Assembly: GCA_963826785.1 (NCBI GenBank)
Contig: CAWGYD010000006.1
Coordinates: 544,001 to 608,000 of the forward strand
Length of the DNA: 64,000 nucleotides
Direction: 5' to 3'
From: an uncultured delta proteobacterium
Lineage (GTDB): Bacteria; Desulfobacterota; Desulfobacteria; Desulfobacterales; Desulfosalsimonadaceae
Position numbers and translations under genes: made by a program. The first letter of the stretch is position 1. The number at the start of each line of letters is the position of its first letter. Shown one piece after another: positions 54,891 through 64,000 of this stretch. A model generated the notes under the pieces. It worked only from the letters and a program-made list of their open reading frames with translations. It ran no database searches and had not been told where the DNA came from.

Positions 54891-56162
54891 ATGAAAACAT
54901 TCACGAAAATACCGGCGGTGCTCTGTCTGGCGCTGTCGGCGGTATTCCTAACCGCCTGGCTGATGCCGGCACCGGCTGATGCGGCTTATGTCATCGAACA
55001 GAAACTGGGCAACTATGATGCCAAGGTCAAACTGTACGGCTTTTCCCAACTGGAAGGCCGATTCGGAGAGGGCTTTTCCATCCGTTCGGATAAAAGCGAT
55101 GACGGACTTCGGTTCACCGCCCAGCGGATCCGGCTGGGCACCAACTACTATTACGGCAACATGTTCGGCAAACTGTTTCTCGATTTCAATCAGCCCCATG
55201 ACAAGAAGGGCGGCGGCCTGCCGGAAATGATCAAGGATGCCTTCATCGGCTACCGGTTCAACAACGCGGCATTTGTCCGCCTGGGCATGATCAAGACGCC
55301 GGTGGGCATGATGTTCACCACCCCGGGCTGGAACCTGGATATCGTGGAGCGCAACAAGCTGGACAAGGGCCTGGTCCTGGAGCGGGACATGGGTGTACTG
55401 CTTTCAGGCCGTTATATCGGATTCGGCGGCGAGAATGAAAAGACCGACGGCACTGAAATGGGTCACGAGCATGTGGGATATGGTTTCGGCTACGACATCG
55501 GTGTCTTCAACCCGGCGGGCCGGAGTGCGGCGGTGAAGCGTCAGGAGGAATTAAAAACAAGCAAAACCACCTACAGCATCGAAGACGGTGAAATCATATC
55601 GACCACGGAGAAAATCGACAACACCGTCACCGGTGATGCGCTGGCCTATGCCGCCCGCATCCACTTCGATTATGGCGAACCGCTGCATTTCGAAGCGGGC
55701 TACGGGGTCAGCGAGGAAGCTGGCGGCCGGGGCACCGAAGATTACAGTGTTTTCTCCACCGGCATCGATTCTTTGATCACGCCCCAGTGGAATGTCAAAC
55801 TGGACTATACCCGGGGATGGAATATTCTCGGCGTTAAAGATGATGACCAGACCACGGTGACCGCCATGGTGGGATACATGATCAATCCCAAATTCGAGGT
55901 GGTGGCCAAGCATTATCAGTCCCATGCCGACCCGGCTGCCGGAGAGAAAAGCGATCTGGGGAACACTTATGTCGGCCTCAATTTCTTCCTGACCGACCTG
56001 GGCAAGCCCATGGCTGATTTCAGCCGCGGCGACCGGCGCAAACTGCAGAACAACCGCATCCAGGTGAACTATATTTTTGCCAGCGGCGATACGGATGACT
56101 GGACCGGGCATTGGGGATACACCGATGACGCCGTTGCGGTTCAGTGGCAGTACAAGTTCTGA
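54891..56162 (+). CDS. Outer-membrane beta-barrel porin (OprO/OprP-like anion porin)
   Basis: Signal peptide, IKDAFIGY, RLGMIKTP, RDMGV and the C-terminal beta signal QWQYKF. Confidence 0.8.
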   Translation: MKTFTKIPAVLCLALSAVFLTAWLMPAPADAAYVIEQKLGNYDAKVKLYGFSQLEGRFGEGFSIRSDKSDDGLRFTAQRIRLGTNYYYGNMFGKLFLDFNQPHDKKGGGLPEMIKDAFIGYRFNNAAFVRLGMIKTPVGMMFTTPGWNLDIVERNKLDKGLVLERDMGVLLSGRYIGFGGENEKTDGTEMGHEHVGYGFGYDIGVFNPAGRSAAVKRQEELKTSKTTYSIEDGEIISTTEKIDNTVTGDALAYAARIHFDYGEPLHFEAGYGVSEEAGGRGTEDYSVFSTGIDSLITPQWNVKLDYTRGWNILGVKDDDQTTVTAMVGYMINPKFEVVAKHYQSHADPAAGEKSDLGNTYVGLNFFLTDLGKPMADFSRGDRRKLQNNRIQVNYIFASGDTDDWTGHWGYTDDAVAVQWQYKF

Positions 56163-56236
56163 TTTCGACCGGGAAAATATTGCTGGACTGAAAACATGAT
56201 CCTGTGACTGCGGATCCGGTCGGTCCGTCACCATAG

Positions 56237-56283
56237 GAAATCCCCTTCGTCCCATTTATGAAAGATGGGCTGAAGGGGATTTC
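56237..56283. terminator. Terminator between convergent genes
   Basis: GAAATCCCCTTC..CCCAT / ATGGG..GAAGGGGATTTC. Confidence 0.7.
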
Positions 56284-56304
56284 TGTTTTACGGCGGGGCG
56301 CTGG

Positions 56305-57420
56305 TCAGATCCGGCAGCCATCCGGCCGCGGGGCGCCGGTGCGGGTCATGGCGATCTGCCACAGCTGGATGAAACGTGCGCGGAACAGGCCCGCGCAGGA
56401 CAGCAGGTAAAAGCGCCACATCCGGTAAAACCGGGAGCCGTATTTTTTTTCCAGCAGGGGCCAGTTCTGATTGAAATTGATAAACCAGGCCATCAGGGTT
56501 CGGTCGTAATCTGTTCCCAGATTGTGCCAGTCCTCCATGACGAACCGGCCTTCCATGGCTTTTCCCAACTGGGCGATGGAGGGAAGCATGCTGTTGGGAA
56601 AGATGTAGCGGGAAATCCAGGGGTCGGTAAACCGGTTGCTTTTATTGCCGCCGATGGTCTGGATGAAGGCGATGCCGCCGTCGGAGAGGTTCTGCGCGGT
56701 TGTATCCATGTAGCATTCGTAATTTTTATATCCCACGTGCTCGATCATGCCGATGGAGACTACCCGGTCGAACTGCTGCCCCACTTTGCGGTAATCCTGC
56801 AGACGGATTTCCACCGGCAGCCCCCTGCAGATCTCGCGTGCCAGCGCCGCCTGGTTTTTGGATATGGTCACGCCGGTGACCCGGGCGCCGTATCTTTCGG
56901 CGGCAAATTTTGCAAACCCTCCCCAGCCGCAGCCGATGTCGAGCACACGCATTCCCTCTTTCAGGCCGATCTTGCGGCAAATCAGGTCCAGCTTGGCTTC
57001 CTGGGCAGCATCCAGGTCGGATGCTTTTTTCCAGTAAGCGCAGGAGTATACCATCCGCCGGTCGAGCATGGCCGCATAGAGGTCGTTTCCCGCATCATAA
57101 TGCTGCTTTCCCACTTTTAAGGCCCGCATGGGATTCTGCAGGTTCATCAGCCGGGCCTTTATCCCTGCCGCAATCAGGCTCAGGTGGGATCTGATTTTCT
57201 CGTCCAGTCGGGTCCGGTATACCCTGTCGATGAACTGGTCCAGGGCCGGGCATCCCCACCACCCGTCCATGTAGGATTCTCCGACAGCCAGGGATCCACC
57301 CGACAGGATGCGGTCGTAGAACCCGTCATGGTTCACCTTGATATCAAATGGCTTGCTGCCGTTGATGGTGATCCCGGCGGTGCCGAGAAGCTCCTCTATC
57401 AGCTGAATATGAGTTTTCAT
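56305..57420 (-). CDS. cfa: Cyclopropane-fatty-acyl-phospholipid synthase
   Basis: GESYMDGWW, HYDAGND, YSCAYW, LDIGCGWG and RMWRFYLLSC. Confidence 0.93.
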   Translation of the reverse strand: MKTHIQLIEELLGTAGITINGSKPFDIKVNHDGFYDRILSGGSLAVGESYMDGWWGCPALDQFIDRVYRTRLDEKIRSHLSLIAAGIKARLMNLQNPMRALKVGKQHYDAGNDLYAAMLDRRMVYSCAYWKKASDLDAAQEAKLDLICRKIGLKEGMRVLDIGCGWGGFAKFAAERYGARVTGVTISKNQAALAREICRGLPVEIRLQDYRKVGQQFDRVVSIGMIEHVGYKNYECYMDTTAQNLSDGGIAFIQTIGGNKSNRFTDPWISRYIFPNSMLPSIAQLGKAMEGRFVMEDWHNLGTDYDRTLMAWFINFNQNWPLLEKKYGSRFYRMWRFYLLSCAGLFRARFIQLWQIAMTRTGAPRPDGCRI

Positions 57421-57784
57421 GGCGCCTGGTATCCTGAATTTGAGATCATGTGAAACAACAGAAGATCTGCAGATAGAAATTTATCTTTCGTCATTTGGAA
57501 AATAAATGGGGTCTGCCATGTATTGTTTCTCCTAAACCCCGGTACGACGGCGGCCGATTCACCATCCTTTTACTAAAAATAAACTTGTAAAAACGGTTCC
57601 TTTCCGGTACTTCCAGAGTATCTGCTGCTGATATTTGAAGCTGAACGGAAACTCGCATCGTTTGGCCCATAGCTTCTTTTCAGGGTATGAACCATATTGC
57701 AGCTGCAATGCGCCTGCAGCGGAATCTGCATTTTCAGCGCAGATACGACTGACCATCAATTCTTGCGGAAAGATCCAACCTTCC

Positions 57785-58726
57785 ATGGCCAATGCATCCC
57801 CGATTGTGGGCAACAGCAGGGTTTTAAGACAGATGCTGAAAAAGGCGGCGGCGTTTGCGCCCGTGCCCCGTCCGCTGCTGATTGCGGGGGAGCGGGGTAC
57901 GGGAAAGGAACTCCTGGCGGCCTATATTCATGAAAAAAGTCCCTTTTCCGCCGGCCCCTTCATCGGGATCAACTGCGCCGTATTCAATGAAGAACTCCTG
58001 GGAAGCGAGCTGTTCGGCCATGAAAAAGGCGCCTTTACCGGGGCCTCCGCCCGGCGGCGGGGCTGCCTGGAGCGGGCTGGCGGCGGTACCCTGTTTTTCG
58101 ACGAAGTGGGCAACATGTCCATGCGCTTTCAGGAAAGCCTGCTGCGGGTGATCGAAACCCGGAGGTTCGAGCGCCTGGGGGGGCGTGAAACCCTCGAGGC
58201 CTCCGCCCGGTTCATCTTCGCCACAAATGCGGATCTGTTGCGGATGGCGGAAAAAAACGAATTCCGCAAAGACCTCTATGACCGGATCGCTTTTGAAGTG
58301 ATCACCTTGCCGCCCCTTCGTCAGCGGCGGGAGGACATCGGCCTGCTCATCGGCCACTTCACGGCCATGCTGGAAAAGGAAATCCCCAATTTCGAGCCCC
58401 GCTCCTTTTCCGCCGAAGCCATCCGGCAGATGACCGACTACTACTGGCCGGGCAACGTTCGGGAACTCAAGAACGTGGTGGAGCGCCTGCTGCTGCAGCC
58501 GGGCGATGACGTGGTGAGAACGGCGGACCTGCCGCTGGAGATCACGGCGGCCGCCCCGCCGGGGATCACGTTTACCGAAAAAGTGGAAGCCTACAAAAAG
58601 CACCTGATCTTGAGCGCCTGGCTGGAATCCGGCAGACGCCAGAAAAAAGCCGCCGATGCCCTGGGTGTCACCTATGACCAGTTCCGTCATTTTTTCCGGA
58701 AGTATGAACTGGGGGGGCTGGAATGA
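57785..58726 (+). CDS. pspF: PspF-like sigma54 activator (no N-terminal regulatory domain)
   Basis: GERGTGKEL, ELFGHEKGAFTGA, WPGNVRELKNVVER and LGVTYDQFR; directly upstream of pspA. Confidence 0.85.
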   Translation: MANASPIVGNSRVLRQMLKKAAAFAPVPRPLLIAGERGTGKELLAAYIHEKSPFSAGPFIGINCAVFNEELLGSELFGHEKGAFTGASARRRGCLERAGGGTLFFDEVGNMSMRFQESLLRVIETRRFERLGGRETLEASARFIFATNADLLRMAEKNEFRKDLYDRIAFEVITLPPLRQRREDIGLLIGHFTAMLEKEIPNFEPRSFSAEAIRQMTDYYWPGNVRELKNVVERLLLQPGDDVVRTADLPLEITAAAPPGITFTEKVEAYKKHLILSAWLESGRRQKKAADALGVTYDQFRHFFRKYELGGLE

Positions 58727-58736
58727 CTTCGTAATA

Positions 58737-58772
58737 TGGTGTTTTTCGCCATTTTAAAGGTGAAAAACACCA
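58737..58772. promoter_or_regulatory. Twin PspF-type upstream activator sequences
   Basis: TGGTGTTTTTCGCCA and AGGTGAAAAACACCA, 21 bp apart centre to centre. Confidence 0.7.
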
Positions 58773-58838
58773 TGAAACGGCAGTCCATATTTTGCTAAGA
58801 TAAAATTAATTGTAAGTAAATAAATTGCTTAAGTCTTT

Positions 58839-58854
58839 TGGCATAAAAGTTGTA
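58839..58854 (+). promoter_or_regulatory. Sigma54 promoter of pspA
   Basis: TGGCATAAAAGTTGTA (GG-N10-GT), preceded by an AT-rich tract. Confidence 0.75.
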
Positions 58855-58901
58855 TTTTCAGGAGTAAAACTGGAGCAAATGCCAAAAGAGAGGAAACGAC
58901 C

Positions 58902-59606
58902 ATGGTCATTATCAGCAGAATCAAACGAATCATATCGGCAAATTTAAACAGCCTGGTGGAAAAGGCGGAAGACCCGGAATCCTTGATCCGGGAGCTCATC
59001 CGGGAGATGGATGCCAGCATCATCCGCTTGCGGGGCGAGGTGACCCGGTCCATTGCCGCAGAGAAGCGGCTGGCCCGGCAACTGGAAGGGGCGGAAAAAA
59101 AAGTCCGGCTGTGGCAGGAAAACAGCGAAAAAGCGGTTTCTGACAAAGACGATGACCTGGCCCGAAAAGCCCTGGCCCGCAAACTCCAGGAGGAGCGCAA
59201 GTGTGCGGACCTCGAAGAAGGGCATGTCCGGGCGAAGGAATCGTGCGCGCAGCTCAAAGCGCAATTGTGCCAGCTGGAGGACAAGGTGCAGGAGGCCCGG
59301 CGCAAGAAGGAGTTGCTGATTTCACGCAAGCGCAGCGCCGAAAGCCGCAAGGCCATGTTAAACGCCACCCGGGATTTTGCCTCCGCGGCCCGAAGGAGCG
59401 ATGAACTTCTGGCCGACAGCGGCCTGTCCGCATCCGATGCCTGCCGGTCCCTGGAAGACCAGGTGGTCACCATGGAAACAGAAGCCGAGGCCATGGGGGA
59501 ACTGGTGATCCGGGAGCCGTCCCTGGAAGCGGTCTTTGAAAAATCAAAAATGGAAACCGAAATCGAGCGGCAGCTTGCGGCACTCAAAGACAAACTGAAA
59601 AAATGA
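58902..59606 (+). CDS. pspA: PspA/IM30 family protein
   Basis: SRIKRIISANLNSLVEKAEDPE, DDLARKAL and a coiled coil. Confidence 0.9.
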   Translation: MVIISRIKRIISANLNSLVEKAEDPESLIRELIREMDASIIRLRGEVTRSIAAEKRLARQLEGAEKKVRLWQENSEKAVSDKDDDLARKALARKLQEERKCADLEEGHVRAKESCAQLKAQLCQLEDKVQEARRKKELLISRKRSAESRKAMLNATRDFASAARRSDELLADSGLSASDACRSLEDQVVTMETEAEAMGELVIREPSLEAVFEKSKMETEIERQLAALKDKLKK

Positions 59607-59619
59607 TGGAATTGATGCC

Positions 59620-60195
59620 ATGCAGGAATATTACGATGCACTGAGTCCGATCCAGAAATTCTTCCTGTTCTCCGCCATTCTGGGCGGGACCATCTTCATA
59701 CTCCGGATGGTGCTCATGCTGGTCGGACTTTCGGACCATGACATCCATGACGGGGGGTTCGACAATGCGGACGTTCATCCGGATTCGGATGCCAGCTTCA
59801 AGCTCTTTTCCCTTCACGGCCTGACCGGGTTTTTCATGATGTTCGGCCTGGTGGGGCTGGCCCTGTCCAAGCAATTCTGGATTCCGGACCTGATGGCAGC
59901 GGCCGCCGGCATCGCCGCCGGGCTGGCCACGGTCTGGATGCTTGGAAAGCTGTCGGTCTCCATGATGAAGCTTCAGTCCGATGGCACTGTGAACGTCTGC
60001 AGCGCCATCGGCCAGGAGGGGAGAGTCTACCTGAAAATTCCCGCTGCCGGCACCGGGCAGGTCCAGGTCCCCTGCCAGGGTCGCCTGATGATCTATGACG
60101 CCGTATCGGCCGACAAGAATGAAATCCGGACCGGGGATCCGGTCATCGTCATCGATGTCACCGGCGGCAACGTGCTCGTCGTCGAAAAAGCATAA
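59620..60195 (+). CDS. NfeD-like membrane protein with C-terminal OB fold
   Basis: Three TM segments, a His/Asp-rich loop, GRVYLKIP...GQVQV and I.TG..V.V. Confidence 0.8.
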   Translation: MQEYYDALSPIQKFFLFSAILGGTIFILRMVLMLVGLSDHDIHDGGFDNADVHPDSDASFKLFSLHGLTGFFMMFGLVGLALSKQFWIPDLMAAAAGIAAGLATVWMLGKLSVSMMKLQSDGTVNVCSAIGQEGRVYLKIPAAGTGQVQVPCQGRLMIYDAVSADKNEIRTGDPVIVIDVTGGNVLVVEKA

Positions 60196-60207
60196 AAATG
60201 ATCTCTC

Positions 60208-60290
60208 TGGAATATGGAATGGTGGAATAATGGAGTTACGGCCGAAACAGGACGCCTTTAAACCCATCATTGCCTCATTCCATGATTCCA
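60208..60290. repeat. Octamer-based (TGGAATRR) inverted repeat element
   Basis: TGGAATATGGAATGGTGGAATAATGG ... CCCATCATTGCCTCATTCCATGATTCCA; a related half element is at 45016-45035. Confidence 0.6.
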
Positions 60291-60351
60291 CCCGACCGTT
60301 GATTTTCAAAGCGTTGTCATGAATTTATAATCCATCTTAGAGGAGGACGGC

Positions 60352-61947
60352 ATGGTTTACTTTTCACTGGCCATCGGCGCGTTTGTTTTCATTTTCATCT
60401 CCACGGTGCTCATTCTGGCCTCGCGTTACAAGCGCTGCCCGTCGGACCAGATCCTGGTCATCTACGGCCGGGTGGCAGAAGGCCGCTCCAGCCGGTGCGT
60501 GCACGGTGGCGGCACCTTTGTCTGGCCCCTGATCCAGGATTACGCCTACCTCAGCCTCACCCCCATCACCATCAGCATCCCGCTCCAGAACGCCTTGTCC
60601 TTTCAGAATATCCGGATCAATGTGCCCAGCACTTTCACCGTGGGGATCAGCACCGATCCCAACATCATGACCAATGCCGCCGAACGCCTCCTTGGGATCG
60701 GCGCGCAGAAGATCGAGGACATGGCCAAGGAGATCATCTTCGGGCAGCTGCGTCTCACCGTGGCCTCGCTCACCATCGAGCAGATCAACCAGGACCGGGA
60801 AAGCTTTCTGGAAGCCATCCGCAAAAACGTGGAACCCGAGCTCAACAAGATCGGGCTCTACCTGATCAACGTGAACATCACCGACATCACCGATGAATCG
60901 GACTACATCGAGAGCATCGGCAAGAAGGCGGCTTCCGAAGCCCTGAACAAGGCCAAGGTGGATGTGGCCGAGCAGGTGAAGCTGGGCTCCATCGGAGAAG
61001 CCGAAGCGGTGAAGGTCAAAGAGGTCCGGGTCGCCGAAAACGTGGCCGAATCGGAAAAAGGAAAGAAAAAAGCCCAGGCCGATCAGCGCATCTATGTCCA
61101 GGGCCAGGAGGCCGAGGCGGTTACCGGCGAAAACAGGGCCAAAGCGGATATCGCGACTTCCGAGGCGGAGCTGGAAATCAGGCGGGCCCAGGCCATGGCC
61201 GAATCCGAGAAAGGAAAGAAAAAGGCGCTTGCCGACCAGCGGATATTCGTTCAGGGCCAGGAAGCCGATGCGGTGGCCGGTGAAAACAAAGCCAAGGCCA
61301 ATATCGCGGATTCGGATGCCGAACTGGCCGTGAAACAGGCCGCGGCCCAGCAGCGGGGGGAAGTGGCCAAGCGCGAGGCCCAGGTGGAGATCCAGAAGGC
61401 CCAGTACCGGGCCGAACAGGAGCGGTTAAACGCGGAGGAGATCGTCATAGAGGAGATCGAAAAGCGCAAGATCGAAATCGCCGCCGATGCCGAAGCCGAA
61501 CGGATCAGACGCCGCGCCCGGGGCGAGGCCGACGGCATCCTTCTCAAATACGAGGCCGAAGCCAAAGGCCTCCAGAAGCTGCTCGACGGCAAGGCCGCGG
61601 GGTATGCCTCCCTGGTCACCAGCTGCGGCGGCGACGCCAAGGCCGCGGCCACCCTGCTGATGATCGAAAAACTCGAAGAGATCGTCAAACGGCAGGTGGA
61701 GGCGGTCAGCAACCTCAAGATCGACAAGATCACCGTCTGGGACAGCGCCAATGGCAACGGCAAAGGCTCATCCACCTCCAACTTCATCTCCAGCCTCATC
61801 AAAAGCGTCCCGCCCCTTCAGGATATCGCCTCCATGGCCGGCGTGGAACTGCCCGAATACCTGGGCAAGATGGCCGATGTGGAAGTTCCCGCGCCGGTGG
61901 CAATGAATTCGGCTGCGGCCGCTCAAAAGGACCGGGACAAGAATTAA
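60352..61947 (+). CDS. Flotillin / SPFH domain protein
   Basis: N-terminal TM, GGGTFVWP, GQLR...LTIEQINQDR, an EA-rich coiled coil and IDKITVWD. Confidence 0.9.
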   Translation: MVYFSLAIGAFVFIFISTVLILASRYKRCPSDQILVIYGRVAEGRSSRCVHGGGTFVWPLIQDYAYLSLTPITISIPLQNALSFQNIRINVPSTFTVGISTDPNIMTNAAERLLGIGAQKIEDMAKEIIFGQLRLTVASLTIEQINQDRESFLEAIRKNVEPELNKIGLYLINVNITDITDESDYIESIGKKAASEALNKAKVDVAEQVKLGSIGEAEAVKVKEVRVAENVAESEKGKKKAQADQRIYVQGQEAEAVTGENRAKADIATSEAELEIRRAQAMAESEKGKKKALADQRIFVQGQEADAVAGENKAKANIADSDAELAVKQAAAQQRGEVAKREAQVEIQKAQYRAEQERLNAEEIVIEEIEKRKIEIAADAEAERIRRRARGEADGILLKYEAEAKGLQKLLDGKAAGYASLVTSCGGDAKAAATLLMIEKLEEIVKRQVEAVSNLKIDKITVWDSANGNGKGSSTSNFISSLIKSVPPLQDIASMAGVELPEYLGKMADVEVPAPVAMNSAAAAQKDRDKN

Positions 61948-62032
61948 AGGAGCTGACGCGGCAGTAATCGCTTTGGAATGAAAAAAAACATGCGGCAACC
62001 TGCTTGATCAGAATGAGAAACAGCGCGCATGC

Positions 62033-64000
62033 TTATTCAATTGATTTCCATTTCGCTTGAAGGCAAGTTCCTTCGCCGATGTTGGATTTGATACTAAATT
62101 GACCGCCGGAAATTTCAACACGCTCCTGCATGCTGGTGAGCCCCAGACCATTTGCGCGATTTTGCAGATTGAAACCGACTCCGTTATCAATGATGCTCAG
62201 CGCGATTGAAGCGGCGGTTTTCGAAATCGATACATGAACCTGGTCGGCCCGGCTGTATTTGGCGATGTTGTTTAACGCCTCCTGGCTCACACGAAAGATG
62301 ACAATCTTAAGTTCCTCGGCAATTTCATTTTCAGAGACATTGAATTCAGTCACCAGCTGATGCAGGGGGTAGATGGTCTGGAAATTCTGACAAAACCAGT
62401 TCATTGTGGCGATGATGCCTTCTGAATCCAAAATAGGCGGGCGAAGCCCGGTGTGGATGGTTCTTGCCTCTTGAATGGCATCCTTGATCAGCGATCCCAG
62501 GAACTCAATGGCCTGAAATGCTTCATCCGGATCATTTCGCGTTGTATCGCGAAGGGCTTTATCGACGCTGAACTTCATCGCCACGAGGGTCTGTCCGATG
62601 CTGTCATGGATCTCGCCTGCAATCCGTTTCCGTTCTTCCTCCTGGGCGGAAAGCAGCCTGGCAGAAAGCTTCCTGAGTTGTTTTTCTGATTGGCCGAGCG
62701 ATCTGGCCACCATCTCCTGTTCAGTAATATCGATGCCCATCTTGAGTACAAGTAGTTTGCCGTCAAAATCCTCAAATGGACGATCATATACCTGATAAAT
62801 TCGGCAGTTCGGGCTGTACCACTTCCAATCTTGAATTATTCCGAAATCAAGGGGCATATTGACCGTGCAATCAGAACAGGGCTGTTTTTCACCCCTGAGG
62901 ATTTCATAGCAGTGCTTCCCTTCGGGGGCGCCGAAAGTCTCCCGGAATGTCCGGTTGGCATAATTAATCGAGTAATCCGGCGCCTGAATATAGACGAAAG
63001 CTGGTATTGCTTCCAATAGCGTGAACAGGCGCAGACGAGCGGAATCCAATTTTTTTTCACGTTTTGAAATTTCCTCCGTCATCTGGTTGAATGCAAATGC
63101 CAGATCCTGTATTTCAGTCGACCCCCGAATGGTCAGCTTTGAATAGGTTGAATTCTGTCCAAATGCCAAGGCCTGTTTTTGCAGCTTCTTCAGTGGCGAT
63201 ACAATTTTTTGTGAAATGAACATGGCGATGGCAAAGACAAAAATCACAAGGATCACCAAAATGCCCGCCTGTCGAACAGATCCGGAGATAATGGGTTGAA
63301 AGACTTGATGAACCGAACGGCTGGAACTGACGATCCATCCATTGAATTCGATTGGCGTCAACGCCACCATCTGATTTTCACCACCCAAAAAATGGGGAAT
63401 CACCGCAGTGACTTCTTTTCCATTCAGCGCAGCCCGGATTGCAGGGTTGGCCTTCAATGCACCCCGGTCTTTCCATTCCCGATGCTTTACCGGATATTCA
63501 AAAATGATGTTCCCTTCCCGGTCAAAAACAGAAATGGTCCGCGTATGATCTTTCTTCTTGCTGAGTAGTTTTCCCAGTTTATCCGGGTATATTGCGGCGA
63601 TTACAACACCGGCAGGCACACCCTTTTGGTCATTGATCCTCCGGCTGACTGCAATGACGGGTTCTTTTGTAATCTTGCAGATGGTCAGGCTGCTGATCGA
63701 CCATTCCTTTCCAGTGAGCGTTTCGTGCAAGTCCGCATGATCCGCAAAATCAATCCCGATCATTGAATCCATGCTCGATGCAACAATGCGGCATTGCGGA
63801 TCTACCCAGGCAAAATTGCGAACTTCGGGGTGATGCCTCAAATTGTCCTTCAGGATTTGATTCATTTGCGAGGGGGTTGGCGGATGCGGAAAGGTCAAGT
63901 GGAGGCCGATGTCGAATTCATGGTGCAGGATGTTGCGCAAATATTCATCAAACGTAGTGCTTACCGCACGCGCCACTTCCAGATTGGCTTGGTATTCATT
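62033..64000 (-). CDS. NarX/HisKA_3-type sensor kinase with Cache, HAMP and PAS domains; 5' end outside window
   Basis: QEEERKRIAGEIHDSIGQ, QEALNNIAKYS, DNGVGF and GLGLTSMQER. Confidence 0.9.
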   Translation of the reverse strand, partial: NEYQANLEVARAVSTTFDEYLRNILHHEFDIGLHLTFPHPPTPSQMNQILKDNLRHHPEVRNFAWVDPQCRIVASSMDSMIGIDFADHADLHETLTGKEWSISSLTICKITKEPVIAVSRRINDQKGVPAGVVIAAIYPDKLGKLLSKKKDHTRTISVFDREGNIIFEYPVKHREWKDRGALKANPAIRAALNGKEVTAVIPHFLGGENQMVALTPIEFNGWIVSSSRSVHQVFQPIISGSVRQAGILVILVIFVFAIAMFISQKIVSPLKKLQKQALAFGQNSTYSKLTIRGSTEIQDLAFAFNQMTEEISKREKKLDSARLRLFTLLEAIPAFVYIQAPDYSINYANRTFRETFGAPEGKHCYEILRGEKQPCSDCTVNMPLDFGIIQDWKWYSPNCRIYQVYDRPFEDFDGKLLVLKMGIDITEQEMVARSLGQSEKQLRKLSARLLSAQEEERKRIAGEIHDSIGQTLVAMKFSVDKALRDTTRNDPDEAFQAIEFLGSLIKDAIQEARTIHTGLRPPILDSEGIIATMNWFCQNFQTIYPLHQLVTEFNVSENEIAEELKIVIFRVSQEALNNIAKYSRADQVHVSISKTAASIALSIIDNGVGFNLQNRANGLGLTSMQERVEISGGQFSIKSNIGEGTCLQAKWKSIE

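Overview
A 64 kb chromosomal window from a GC-rich anaerobic bacterium. The gene set suggests Desulfobacterota/deltaproteobacteria (inference). I found no rRNA, tRNA, CRISPR array or transposase. Several genes carry isolated single-base indels (kup, one HgdB-family gene, one GMC gene, aceA), probably consensus errors. Four accessory loci stand out. (1) 47.5-56.2 kb: a heme-c sensor kinase and sigma54 regulator sit divergently from a sigma54 operon encoding a YeiH-family exporter, a small Cys-rich protein, a Tat-exported lipo-cytochrome and a porin. The ORF track splits the cytochrome at an in-frame TGA followed by a clear SECIS-like hairpin, so it is very likely a selenoprotein. (2) 18.6-34.6 kb: a ~16 kb minus-strand cluster with a strong sigma70 promoter overlapped by a triple GTCGAC operator. 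It encodes three HgdB/BcrB-family Fe-S subunits (one with a double-cubane-type Cys pattern), two activases, a stand-alone acetyl-CoA synthase middle-domain protein, a CooC ATPase with no CODH in the window, AOR, a thioesterase, a ferredoxin and GntR. (3) 57.8-61.9 kb: pspF-pspA-nfeD-flotillin, a Psp system without pspBC. (4) 38-42.9 kb: the glyoxylate bypass aceB-aceA with divergent aceK, next to parE-parC. Also present are two adjacent internally deleted genes (cobQ, pirin), a C6-TTGA-G6 REP-like repeat family and a long intergenic hairpin before cooC.
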